Assembly: GCA_963805975.1 (NCBI GenBank) | Contig: CAWDVR010000001.1 | Span: forward strand, 1,440,001-1,504,000 | Origin: an uncultured Acidobacteriota bacterium | GTDB taxonomy: Bacteria; Acidobacteriota; Thermoanaerobaculia; Multivoradales; SZUA-115 | Length of the DNA: 64,000 nucleotides | Direction: 5' to 3' | Part shown: positions 19,799 through 30,191 of the stretch, in pieces | Numbering within the stretch: the first letter of the stretch is position 1 | Layout: the number at the start of each line of letters is the position of its first letter | Notes under the pieces: model-generated | What the model saw: only the letters and a program-made list of their open reading frames with translations | Database searches by the model: none | Told to the model about the DNA's origin: nothing | Made by a program: the position numbers and the translations under genes

Positions 19799-21346
19799 TC
19801 AGACCGGGCCCGAGTCGCCTCGGAAGGGCTTGTAGGCGAGCAGCCAGAGGCCCGAGTAGTCGCGCATCAGGCGCATCCGCAGGAGCTGCAGCTCACGGGC
19901 CTCGGCCACGTCGCCGTCGGTCGTCGCCTCCTCGATGTAGGGGTCGAAGCGGCGCAGGAAGTGGGCAGCCAGGCGGGTGGTCTCGAACGCGGAGCGGTAG
20001 ACCGGCGCCTCGCCGGTGGTGACGGTGTCGTCCAGGATGGCGCGGATCTCCGCCACCTCGTCGTTGAGGCGCACCCGGAGGGCCGCCGACTCGAGCAGGA
20101 AGCGCTCGGCCTCCGGCCGCCCGCCGTCCCCGGTGGTGAGGCGCCGGTAGGCTTCCACCTCGCGCGGCTCGAGGCGCAGGGCGAAGATCTCCGGCCGCAG
20201 CACCACCACCCGCGGATCCTCGCGCGGGTTGGTGCCCTCGAGCGCCGCCACCAGCCGTTCGTAGTGCGCGGCGAGGAGGTCGCCGGCGCCGCCCGTGGCG
20301 GGCTTCTCCCGCGGCTCGGCCGCGAGCGTCGCCGGATGGGCATCGGTCCGCCCGGCGGCGCGGCTCACGCCGGGCCCCAGCCGGGGCATCAGCGAGCGCA
20401 TGCGGCGTCGGATCTGCGCCAGGTCGTCGAGCGACAGCTCGTCGCGCTGCCGGCGCTCCTCGAAGCGCTCGATGTCCTGGCGGAACTCGACCAGCTCCTG
20501 GTCGAGCTCGCTGCCCACGCCCACGTCCCGCCCCAGCTCGAAGATCTGCTGGTAGTCCTGGGCGAGCCTCTTCTCCTCGTCCTGGTAGAGGGCCTGGATG
20601 CGGTCGCGCAGCTTGAGGTTGGCGTCGACGATCGCCCGCAGCAGGTCGGGAAAGAGGAAGAGCGAGCCCATCGCGTGCTTGATGCCGCGGTAGCGGGGCA
20701 CGATCTCCCGGTGGACCAGCTCGTCCAGGTCCTTCACCTGGGCGACCTCGGTACGGATGCGGGCGATGCGCCGCATCTGCTCCTCGACCACAGGCTCGGG
20801 CGGCGTGCTCTCGCCCAGCACCTGCCACAGCCCCTTGAGCACCTCGCGCCCCGTGTCCTGGTGGCCGGAGACCCGGCCGGCGTCGGCGCCCGGAGCCTCG
20901 TCGGAGAGCCGGGTCAGGAGAAAGTCGAGCTTGTCGATGCGCGCCGCCGGCCAGCCGGAGCCGTCGTGGGTGTAGATGTAGAACTTGATCAACTGGGTCA
21001 GGATCTTCTCGGTGGTGTTGCGCACGCGCAGGAAGAAGTGACGCAGGGAGGCGGGATCGATTCTGCTATCCTCGGCCAGCAACGCCTCCATCAACATGCC
21101 GAGCTGCCGGTCGATCACCCCCAGCTTCTCCTGGACCAGCCCCACCGAGGAGGCGTTCAGGTGATGCGAGACTTCTTTGAGGTCCGAGTAGACCTGCTGG
21201 AAATCCACCGGATAGCGCGGCGGCTCGCCGTCGAGCAGGATCTTGTGCAGGCTCCCCACGAACTGGTGGAAGGCCCAGGCCGCGCGGAAGCGCTCGGAGG
21301 AGTCGACGTACCGCCGGTGGAGGGAGCCCAGCTCCGCTACCGTCAT
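19799..21346 (-). CDS. Hypothetical alpha-helical protein (~515 aa)
   Basis: Long ORF with host-like codon usage; no motif recognised. Confidence 0.7.
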   Translation of the reverse strand: MTVAELGSLHRRYVDSSERFRAAWAFHQFVGSLHKILLDGEPPRYPVDFQQVYSDLKEVSHHLNASSVGLVQEKLGVIDRQLGMLMEALLAEDSRIDPASLRHFFLRVRNTTEKILTQLIKFYIYTHDGSGWPAARIDKLDFLLTRLSDEAPGADAGRVSGHQDTGREVLKGLWQVLGESTPPEPVVEEQMRRIARIRTEVAQVKDLDELVHREIVPRYRGIKHAMGSLFLFPDLLRAIVDANLKLRDRIQALYQDEEKRLAQDYQQIFELGRDVGVGSELDQELVEFRQDIERFEERRQRDELSLDDLAQIRRRMRSLMPRLGPGVSRAAGRTDAHPATLAAEPREKPATGGAGDLLAAHYERLVAALEGTNPREDPRVVVLRPEIFALRLEPREVEAYRRLTTGDGGRPEAERFLLESAALRVRLNDEVAEIRAILDDTVTTGEAPVYRSAFETTRLAAHFLRRFDPYIEEATTDGDVAEARELQLLRMRLMRDYSGLWLLAYKPFRGDSGPV

Positions 21347-21390
21347 TGTCCGTAGACCGTCATAGAGGGTTTGTCCGCGAGGAGGAGCCA

Positions 21391-21969
21391 TTGTACGAGA
21401 AGGACCCTGCGCACGAGAAGACTGAAGGCTCCCCGGGTTCCGAGCTGCGCGAGCTGATCGGCCGCGAGGAGCTCGAGCGCCGCGTCTCGGAGCTGGCGGC
21501 CGAGATCAGCCGCGACTACGCCGGCTCCCGCCGCTTCATCGCCATCGGGGTGCTCAAGGGCTCGGTGTTCTTCATGGTCGACCTGCTCAAGCAGGTCACC
21601 GTGCCGGTGGCGGTGGACTTCTTCCAGACCTCGAGCTACGGCGACGCCACCTCCCCCGGCGAGGTCAAGATCAGGAAGGACGTCGACCTCTCGGTGCGCG
21701 GCGCCGACGTGCTGCTGGTGGAGGACATCGTGGACACCGGCTACACCTTGCGCACCATTCTCGATCTGCTCCGCTTCCGGGGCGCCAAGAGCGTCAAGCT
21801 CTGCGCGCTCCTCGACAAAGTGGAGCGGCGCAAGGTCGAGGTGCCGATCGACTACCGCGGCTTCCGGATCGAGGACCTGTTCGTGGTCGGCTACGGCCTC
21901 GACTTCGCGGAGCGCTACCGCAACCTGCCCTACATCGCCGTGGTCAACGAGGGGGCCGAGGCCGGCTGA
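21391..21969 (+). CDS. hpt: Hypoxanthine phosphoribosyltransferase
   Basis: VLKGS, SSYG, LLVEDIVDTGYT, FVVGYGLD, RNLPY; TTG after GGAGGAG. Confidence 0.93.
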   Translation: MYEKDPAHEKTEGSPGSELRELIGREELERRVSELAAEISRDYAGSRRFIAIGVLKGSVFFMVDLLKQVTVPVAVDFFQTSSYGDATSPGEVKIRKDVDLSVRGADVLLVEDIVDTGYTLRTILDLLRFRGAKSVKLCALLDKVERRKVEVPIDYRGFRIEDLFVVGYGLDFAERYRNLPYIAVVNEGAEAG

Positions 21970-22012
21970 GCCGGCCGCCCGCCCGATCCACGCGCAAGGA
22001 GCTTCGACCCCT

Positions 22013-22393
22013 ATGGACTTCCATCACACCGACCAGGCACCGGCCGCCATCGGCCCCTACTCCCAGGCGGTCTCGGCCGACGGCTGGCTCTACACTTCCG
22101 GCCAGGTGGGCCTCGACCCGGCGAGCGGCGAAATGGTCGCCGGCGGCTTCGACGCGCAGGCGCGGCAGGTGCTCGCCAACCTGACCGCCGTGCTGGCGAG
22201 CGCCGGCTGCAGCTTCCAGGACGTGATCAAGACCACCGTCTACCTGGCCGACTTCAAAGACTTCCCGGCCCTCAACGCTCTCTACGCCGAGGCCATGGGC
22301 AGCCACCGACCGGCCCGCTCCACGGTCCAGGCCGCCGGCCTGCCCAAGGGCGCCCTGGTCGAGATCGACATGGTGGCGCGGAAGCCGCAGTAA
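22013..22393 (+). CDS. ridA: RidA family enamine deaminase
   Basis: APAAIGPYSQA, SGQ, PARSTV, LPKGALVEI. Confidence 0.92.
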   Translation: MDFHHTDQAPAAIGPYSQAVSADGWLYTSGQVGLDPASGEMVAGGFDAQARQVLANLTAVLASAGCSFQDVIKTTVYLADFKDFPALNALYAEAMGSHRPARSTVQAAGLPKGALVEIDMVARKPQ

Positions 22394-22427
22394 GAAGCCG
22401 CAGCCAGCCGGCGGTCGAGCCCAGGCT

Positions 22428-23206
22428 TCACCCCGCGGTCTTCTCCGCCCAGCCCATGTATTGCACCGAGCAGTCGTGGCTCTCGCCGAGGCCGGCACGG
22501 CGCACGGCCTCGGCATAGCTCAGGCGGCCCTGTTTCCGGGCGCGCAGGATCATGACCAGGCGCAGGGGGTTGGCGCGCGCCTTGAGGCCGGTCCGGCCGC
22601 CAGGCGTGAGACCGCATTTCCCGAGCTCGGCCTCCAGCTCGTCCGGCTTGATGAACATCGACCAGTCGTGGAGGTTGGGGGGCATGAAGCGGGTCCAGCT
22701 CCACTCCTGGAAGATCTTGATCGCGATCAGCTTGCTCAGAGCAGTGCGGTTGATCGTGTCGTAGAGGTAGATGCCTCCCGGCTTGAGCACCCGCGCGGTC
22801 TCGCGGAGGACGCGCCCGAGGTCGTCCACGTGCTCGAGCACATCGCAGCAGTAGGCGAGGTCGAAGGTTTCGTCCGCGAACGGCAATGCCTCGCCGCTCG
22901 CCTGCCGGTAGTCGATCGCGAGGCCGGCTTCGCCGCGTGGGCACGGGCCGCGACGAGAGACTCGGCCGAGGGGTCCACGCCCGTCACCTTGCAGCCGAGG
23001 GCCGCGAGCTCCTCCGCCAGGAGCCCTCCGCCACAGCCGATGTCGAGCGTCTCGAGACCGGCCGGGTCGCGGCCCAGCTCTTCCACCAGGACGCGCCGCA
23101 TATAGCCGAAGCGCGCGGGGTTCAAGGCTTTGAGCACGTGCAGGAAGCCGTCCTCGTCCCACCAGCTTCCCGCCATGCGGTCGTAGAGCTGGTTGTCAAC
23201 CGGCAT
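22428..23206 (-). CDS. ubiG: UbiG-like O-methyltransferase, frameshifted near 22935
   Basis: WW..G..L..LNPAR, LDIGCGGG; then CCDVLEHV, LKPGG, DTINRT, FIKPDEL in another frame. Confidence 0.78.
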
Positions 23207-24146
23207 GGTCGTCCTTCGGAGAAACGTACTCGGCCAGCAGCTCGTCGACCAGCGCCGCCCGGCCGGCCTCTACCCGGTCCTCGATCACGGTGCGGCTCAA
23301 GGCCTCGAGCTCCGGCACCACGGCGAGGTTGCCTTCGCGGGCGAGGGCCGCCACGTCGTAGGCCGCGCCGTCCACCCAGCGGCCGGCACGGGACAGGGCG
23401 AGGCCCTGGCCCACCGGGCGCTCGAGAGCGAGCCAGAGCTCGGCGGCGAGGAGCAGGGCGGCGGCGAGCTCGCGGTTGCCCGCGCCGCCGAGCGGCGGCC
23501 TGGGCAAGGGTCGCGGCAGGAAGACGCCCAGCCCGAAGCCCGCCGCCACGCGAGCGAAGTCTCGGGCGTTGGACGGAGCACGGTGGAAGAGCGCCTTGAA
23601 CACCTGCTCGCCCCGCCCCTGGGCGAGCCGCCGGCTGGCGGCAGGCGACAGCTCGAGCGCCAGCGGCTGCACCACCGAGACGCCTGCTCCGGCCAGGACC
23701 TCACAACCCCGGCGCCACTCTCCGGGATCGTCCGTCAGCCCGGCAACGAGTGGCCAGGCGGCGGCGGCACCGGATGGCAGGCGAGCCAAGGCCGCGAGAT
23801 CGCGATCGAGGAGCGCCGGCAGCAGGTCGTAGACCGAGGTCAGACCGGCGACCGGCGCCTCTTCGCCCGGCGCGAGCTGCCAGAGCACCGGCGTGCCCTC
23901 GGCGAGCCGCGCCTCGGCCACGGCCTGGCGCGCCTCTGCTGCCGCGGGAGCCACGGGTGGTAGATAGAGAAGATCGTCGAGCGGGCGCTCGATCTCGATC
24001 GCCGCCTCGGGCGCCGGCTCACCGAGATCGGCGGTCGCGAAGCTCGTCCAGAAAGACGCGGGGCCAGGCCAGACAGAGGGCGTGAACCGGACCCAGAGCC
24101 GGCCCGGGTCCGGGAGCAGCGTCCGGAGCCGCGTGGTGTCGGTCAT
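23196..24146 (-). CDS. Hypothetical protein, possibly degenerate SPL-like radical SAM fold with HhH tail
   Basis: Overlaps ribE (ATGA) and ubiG; PLVAGLTDD motif; no CxxxCxxC. Confidence 0.55.
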   Translation of the reverse strand: MTDTTRLRTLLPDPGRLWVRFTPSVWPGPASFWTSFATADLGEPAPEAAIEIERPLDDLLYLPPVAPAAAEARQAVAEARLAEGTPVLWQLAPGEEAPVAGLTSVYDLLPALLDRDLAALARLPSGAAAAWPLVAGLTDDPGEWRRGCEVLAGAGVSVVQPLALELSPAASRRLAQGRGEQVFKALFHRAPSNARDFARVAAGFGLGVFLPRPLPRPPLGGAGNRELAAALLLAAELWLALERPVGQGLALSRAGRWVDGAAYDVAALAREGNLAVVPELEALSRTVIEDRVEAGRAALVDELLAEYVSPKDDHAG

Positions 24147-24766
24147 TCTCGGCCCGGCCCCGCTCCGGCATACATCTCGACGGCACGGAGAACGTACTTG
24201 CCGAGCACGTCGGCCTCGAAGTTCACGCGGTCGCCGGGCGTGAGCTCATCGAGCGTGGTCACGGCCAGGGTGTGGGGGATCAGCGCCACCTCGAAGCGAT
24301 CGCCGACGAGCGTTGCGACCGTCAGGCTGACGCCGTCGATCGCCACCGACCCTTTGGGGACCACGTTCCGAGCCAGCGCGGCGGGAAGCTCGAAGGCGAG
24401 CACGCGGTGGCCGGTGAGGTCCTGCCGGTCGAGCACGCGCAGAGTCCCATCGACGTGGCCCTGCACCCAGTGGCCACCCAGCGGATCGCCGAGCACCAGC
24501 GGCGGCTCGAGATTGACGGCCTGGCCCTGGCGCAGGTTGCCGAGCGTCGTCCTGGCGAGGGTCTCCGGCGACAGCTCCACCAGCGAGCGCTCGGCATCGC
24601 CCTCGACCACCGTCAGGCAGACGCCGGAGACCGCGAGGCTGGCGCCGGGACTGAGCCTCGCTCCCAGCCGGGCCGAGTGGCCGATCGCGAGCCGCAGGCC
24701 GCCGAGCCTCGACGGCGCCGGGTCCTCGATCAGCCGCCCGCGCTCGGCAACAAGTCCCGTAAACAT
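24143..24766 (-). CDS. ribE: Riboflavin synthase alpha chain
   Basis: MFTGLV, GVCLTV, VNLE, GGHWVQGHVD, KGSVAIDGVSLT, IPHT. Confidence 0.95.
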   Translation of the reverse strand: MFTGLVAERGRLIEDPAPSRLGGLRLAIGHSARLGARLSPGASLAVSGVCLTVVEGDAERSLVELSPETLARTTLGNLRQGQAVNLEPPLVLGDPLGGHWVQGHVDGTLRVLDRQDLTGHRVLAFELPAALARNVVPKGSVAIDGVSLTVATLVGDRFEVALIPHTLAVTTLDELTPGDRVNFEADVLGKYVLRAVEMYAGAGPGRE

Positions 24767-25825
24767 CCGTTGCGGTGTCCTGTCAGCAGGAAGTCTTCGC
24801 CCAGCCGGCCGACGGTGAGATTTTCGAGCGCCGGTGCCTCGGCGAGGGGTCCGAGGCCCGGACCGCCGAGCGGCGTCGGTGCCTCCCGGCCGCCCACGAG
24901 CTTCGGCGCCACCACGGCGAGGACACGATCGTAGCAGCCGGCGGCCACGAAGGCCGAGGCCACCTCCCCACCCCCTTCGACGAGAACGCTCTGGGTTCCA
25001 TGGGCGGCCAGATCGGCGAGCACCGCCGCGGGCCCCACCCGGGCGAGCCGCACCACCTGCGCACCCGCCCGCTCCAGAGCTTCCCAGCCGGCGGAAGGCT
25101 CTGCCTCGGTGTAGACCACCACCGGCCCTTCGTCCGCCAGCAGCTTGGCGTCGGCCGGCAGGCGCAGCCGCCGGTCGAGCACCACGCGCAGATTGGGACG
25201 GCCGGCAAAGCCCAGCCGGCGGTTGCCGCGCGGATCGTCCGCCAGCACGGTGCCGATGCCCACCAGCAGGGCATCGTGCTCCTCGCGCAAGGCGAGCGCC
25301 CAGCGGCGGGCGCGCGGCGAGGAGATCCAGCGGCTCTCGCCGCCGGCGGTGGCGATCTTGCCATCCAGGCTCATCGCCCACTTGAGCGAGACGCCGGGCC
25401 TGCCGAGGCGCTTGGCGATCAAAAAATGCAGATTGAGGAGCGCCGCCTGCTCGGCGAGCAGGCCGACCTCGACCTGGATCCCCGCCGCGCGCAGCCGGGC
25501 CAGCCCCGAGCCGCTCACCCGCGGGTCCGGATCGGCGTGGCAGGCCACCACCCGCGCGATCCCGGCGGCGATCACCGCCTCGGTGCACGGGGGCGTGCGG
25601 CCGAAATGGTTGCAGGGCTCGAGGGTGACGTAGAGCGTGGCGCCCACCGCCCGGCTCCCGGCTTGGCGCAGCGCTTCTACCTCGGCGTGCGGCGCCCCGG
25701 CGGCGGCGTGGAAGCCCTCCCCCACCAGCTCGTCGCCGGCCACCACCACGGCGCCCACCCGCGGATTGGGAGCCGTGCGATAACGCCCGCGGGCCGCGAG
25801 AGCCAGGGCTCGGGAAAGTGCGCGC

Positions 25826-25842
<17 letters not shown>
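24730..25842 (-). CDS. ribD: Bifunctional riboflavin deaminase/reductase RibD (probable CTG start)
   Basis: PNPRVG, HAE, TLEPCNHFGRTPPC, SLDGKIA, VEGG; start codon uncertain. Confidence 0.9.
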
Positions 25843-26796
<954 letters not shown>

Positions 26797-26800
<4 letters not shown>

Positions 26801-27168
26801 GCCTTGACGAAGGCCTCACCCGCGAGCAGCCGCGCCGCGTTCTCGAGCTCGCGCCGGGCCATCGCGGCACGCACCGGCGGGCGCTGCACGAGAACCAGGT
26901 AATAGCCGTCGGGCAACGGCACGGCATGGATCAGGAAGTCGTCCTGCTCGAACTGCAGCACGGAGAACTCACCCAGCCAGTTCGAGGAGACGATGCGCTC
27001 CATCTGCCGCAGGTGGATGCCGAGATAGGCGCCCAGGATGCGGAGCTGGTAGGGGCTGATCTCGGTGCAGGAGAGGTCGATGGTCTCGCCGCTCGGGTCG
27101 AGGAACAACGCGCCGACGGCGTTCTCGTTGTTGGCCAGCAGGTTGGCGAGCACGTAACGAAAGGGCAT
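26797..27168 (-). CDS. Roadblock/LC7-like protein
   Basis: 123 aa; GALFLDPSGE and DGYYLVLV pattern; ATGA overlap with ftsY. Confidence 0.65.
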
Positions 27169-27185
27169 TGCGCAGCTCCTCGAGC

Positions 27186-29036
27186 TCAGGCGAGTAGCGC
27201 GGCGCTGGCCCGTACTTCGTCGCTCGGTGCCGGCGGCCGCTCGATGGCCGACTCTACCTGACCGGCGTCGAAGGCGGAAAGGAAGGCGGTGACCACCTTG
27301 GCGTCGAAGCGGGTGCCGGCGAGCTTCTTGATGGTCTCGACGGCGAACTCCGGCGTGTAGGCCTGCTGATAAGGCCGCGTGGTGGTGACGGCGTCGAAGG
27401 TGTCGGCCACGGCGACGATGCGGGCGAAGAGCGGGATCTGCTCGCCCTTGAGGCCATCCGGGTAGCCGCGCCCGTTCCAGGCCTCGTGGTGCCAGCGGAT
27501 GGCGGGCACGATCTCCCGCAACTGCTCGATGCGCTCCATGATCTCGGCGCCGATCACCGTGTGCAGCTTCATCTGCTCGAACTCGTCGGCGGTGAGCAGC
27601 TCGCCCTTCTTGAGGATGCGGTCGTCGACCCCGATCTTGCCCACGTCGTGCAGCAGCGCGCCCAGCCAAACCCGCTGCTGGAACTCCTCGTCGTAGCCCA
27701 GGTGACGGGCCATGGCGCGGCTCACCGCCGCCACCCGCTCGGAATGGCCGCGGGTATAGGGGTCCTTGGCGTCGATCGCCGCCGCGAAGGCGCGGATCGA
27801 GCCGATGAAGAGCTCGCGGTTGACGGCGGCGGCGCGGCGGAGCTGGTCGACGTAGCTCTCGAGCGTGGCGCTCATGCGGTTGAAGTTCTCGGCCAGGTCC
27901 GCCATCTCGAAAGCGAGGCCGCCCACCTGCACCCGGTGCCCGAAGTTGCCGGCCGCGATCTCGTCCGTGGTCTCGGTCAGCCGGAAGAGCGGCTCGCCGA
28001 TCTTGCGGGCGACGGTGACGGCGAAGAGCAGGGCGAGGGCCACCAGCACGAGCGACGACAGCAGGGTGTTGTAGATCATGCGATCGACGGCCGCCGAGGC
28101 GGCGATCGTCGGCTTGACCACTGCCACCGAGCCGCCGGTCGAGCGGATGCGCGAGATCGTCATCTGCAGCTCGCGGCGCTCGCCGTCGACCTCGGTGTTG
28201 AAAGCCTGGGTAAAGCTGTCGGGGCTGCGGACCGCGTCCGCCAGGAGGCCCGACGCCGCCACCGCGGCGCGCATTTTCTCTCCCAGGGCGTTGGCCCACA
28301 GCGGCTTGCCCGCGGCATCGACGAGAAAGACGGCGGCCGAGCCGCCCTGGTCGGCCAGCGACTCGCCGAGCGGCAGCCGCGCCGCGGCCTCGATCACCAG
28401 CTCGGGAGGAGCGGTGCTGCCGGTGGGGAGCGGCACCGCCACGATGGCCAGCGGATCGCCGGCTCCGACCCGGGTCACGGCCAGGTGGGGCGCCCGCCGG
28501 TTGCGCGCCTCCTGAAAAGCGGTGCCCAGCTCGGCGTCCACCTGGGGTGAGACCGCGCCTCGCCGGGCCGTGGGCCCCGCGCCCGCGGCGTCGAGCAGGC
28601 GCAGCACCTCGAACCGCTCGCCGCTCTCCAGGCAGGCGCCGAGGTAGTCCTGGAGCCAGAGCTGCCGCAGGCGCTCGCCCACCGGACCGGGGCCGGGCAG
28701 CGCCAGGAACGTCTCGCCGCATTGCCGGACCTCGCGCTCCAGGGCCGCGAACCGGCCTTCCAGCCCTTGCGACAGCGAGGCCGCGGACTGGGCCAGGAAC
28801 CGGCGCTCCTGCTCCACCAGCAGGCCGCGGTTCTGCCGGATCAGGAGGGCGGAGGAGATCCCCAGCGGGATGATCCCGGAGAGCAGGAGGCAGAGGAAGA
28901 GCAGGTGGCCGAGCTTGAGGCGGTTTCGGGAGCTGGTCTTGCGACCGGGCTCGGGCGCCCTCCACGGGGTCGGCGACAGGCCGCCCGGGACGGCGAGCCT
29001 CACGGCGCCGTGAAGGGGCGAACTGGAAGAGGACAA
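27186..29036 (-). CDS. Membrane HD-GYP phosphodiesterase with sensor and HAMP domains
   Basis: Two TM helices, HAMP, DAKDPYTRGHSERV, LHDVGKI, HHEAWNGRGYP. Confidence 0.9.
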   Translation of the reverse strand: MSSSSSPLHGAVRLAVPGGLSPTPWRAPEPGRKTSSRNRLKLGHLLFLCLLLSGIIPLGISSALLIRQNRGLLVEQERRFLAQSAASLSQGLEGRFAALEREVRQCGETFLALPGPGPVGERLRQLWLQDYLGACLESGERFEVLRLLDAAGAGPTARRGAVSPQVDAELGTAFQEARNRRAPHLAVTRVGAGDPLAIVAVPLPTGSTAPPELVIEAAARLPLGESLADQGGSAAVFLVDAAGKPLWANALGEKMRAAVAASGLLADAVRSPDSFTQAFNTEVDGERRELQMTISRIRSTGGSVAVVKPTIAASAAVDRMIYNTLLSSLVLVALALLFAVTVARKIGEPLFRLTETTDEIAAGNFGHRVQVGGLAFEMADLAENFNRMSATLESYVDQLRRAAAVNRELFIGSIRAFAAAIDAKDPYTRGHSERVAAVSRAMARHLGYDEEFQQRVWLGALLHDVGKIGVDDRILKKGELLTADEFEQMKLHTVIGAEIMERIEQLREIVPAIRWHHEAWNGRGYPDGLKGEQIPLFARIVAVADTFDAVTTTRPYQQAYTPEFAVETIKKLAGTRFDAKVVTAFLSAFDAGQVESAIERPPAPSDEVRASAALLA

Positions 29037-29075
29037 AATGTTTAGGCTCCTCGAAGCATTATAACGGACGACCGC

Positions 29076-30173
29076 TCAAGAGAAGGGCGAAACGAGAAAG
29101 AGTCGCAGCGCCTGCTCGACCTCGGAACCGGGCACCGCGACCCCGATGCGGCCTCGGCCGAGGGCCTCCGGCAGCACCCAGGCAACTCCCTGCTCGGTGG
29201 CCTTCTTGTCCCGTCCCATGGCCGCGAGCAGCTCCGGGACCGCCACCTCGGGCAAGCGTGGCAGGTCGAAGCGCGCCAGGAGCCGTGTCAGCCGGCCGGC
29301 CTCCGCAGGAGTGAGCCCGCGCGCGAGGGCGAGGCGGGTCGCGAAGAGCATGCCGTAGGCGACGGCCTCGCCGTGGCGCAACCCGCGATAGGCCGCGGCC
29401 GATTCGAGTGCGTGGGCCAGGGTGTGGCCGAAGTTCAGGAGCTGGCGCTCTCCCCGCTCGTCCGGGTCCCGTTCCACCACTCGTGCCTTGAGCCGCGCCG
29501 CGGCCGCCGCCACCGAGGAAAGGGCCTCGCCGTCGCCGGCGAGCAGGCTCTCGAGATCGCGCTCCAGGGCCGCAAAGAGCTCGGCATCGAGGAGCATGGC
29601 CATCTTCACCACCTCGGCCAGGCCAGAACGCAGCTCCTCGGGCGGCAGCGTCGAGAGCACGGCCGTGTCGCCGACGACGAATGCAGGATGATGGAAGAGG
29701 CCGACCGCGTTCTTGGCCGCCGGCAGGTCGACGCCGGTCTTGCCACCGATCGCGGCGTCCACCTGCGCCAGCAGGGTGGTCGGCAGTTGCGCCACTTCGA
29801 CGCCGCGCAGGTAGGCCCCGGCGACGAAGCCGGCCAGGTCCCCCACGCTCCCGCCACCGAAAGCCACCAGGCGGCTGTCCCGCTTGCCGCCGGCCAGGAG
29901 CAGCCAGTTCCATAGCTCGCCGGCCGCGGCGACCGTCTTGGCGGGCTCGCCTTCCTCGACCTCGAAGACCTCCGAGCGCGCGGCCGCGGCGCGGAGGTGG
30001 GCAAGGCGCTCGCCGTGGAGGCCCATCACCCGCGGCGTCGAGATCACGAAGAGGGCGCGGCCTCGCACCCAGCTCGCGAGGTCGGCCGCGGCCTCGACCA
30101 GCGCTCCATGCCCGATCCGGATCGAGGTCGCTCCGGACGGGTGGCGCAGCTCGAAGCGCTCCGAGGAGGCCAT
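29076..30173 (-). CDS. aroB: 3-dehydroquinate synthase
   Basis: GGGSVGDLAGF, PTTLLAQVDAAIGGKTG, LNFGHT, HGEAV. Confidence 0.96.
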   Translation of the reverse strand: MASSERFELRHPSGATSIRIGHGALVEAAADLASWVRGRALFVISTPRVMGLHGERLAHLRAAAARSEVFEVEEGEPAKTVAAAGELWNWLLLAGGKRDSRLVAFGGGSVGDLAGFVAGAYLRGVEVAQLPTTLLAQVDAAIGGKTGVDLPAAKNAVGLFHHPAFVVGDTAVLSTLPPEELRSGLAEVVKMAMLLDAELFAALERDLESLLAGDGEALSSVAAAAARLKARVVERDPDERGERQLLNFGHTLAHALESAAAYRGLRHGEAVAYGMLFATRLALARGLTPAEAGRLTRLLARFDLPRLPEVAVPELLAAMGRDKKATEQGVAWVLPEALGRGRIGVAVPGSEVEQALRLFLVSPFS

Positions 30174-30191
30174 GCGCGGCGCCCCTTTTCC

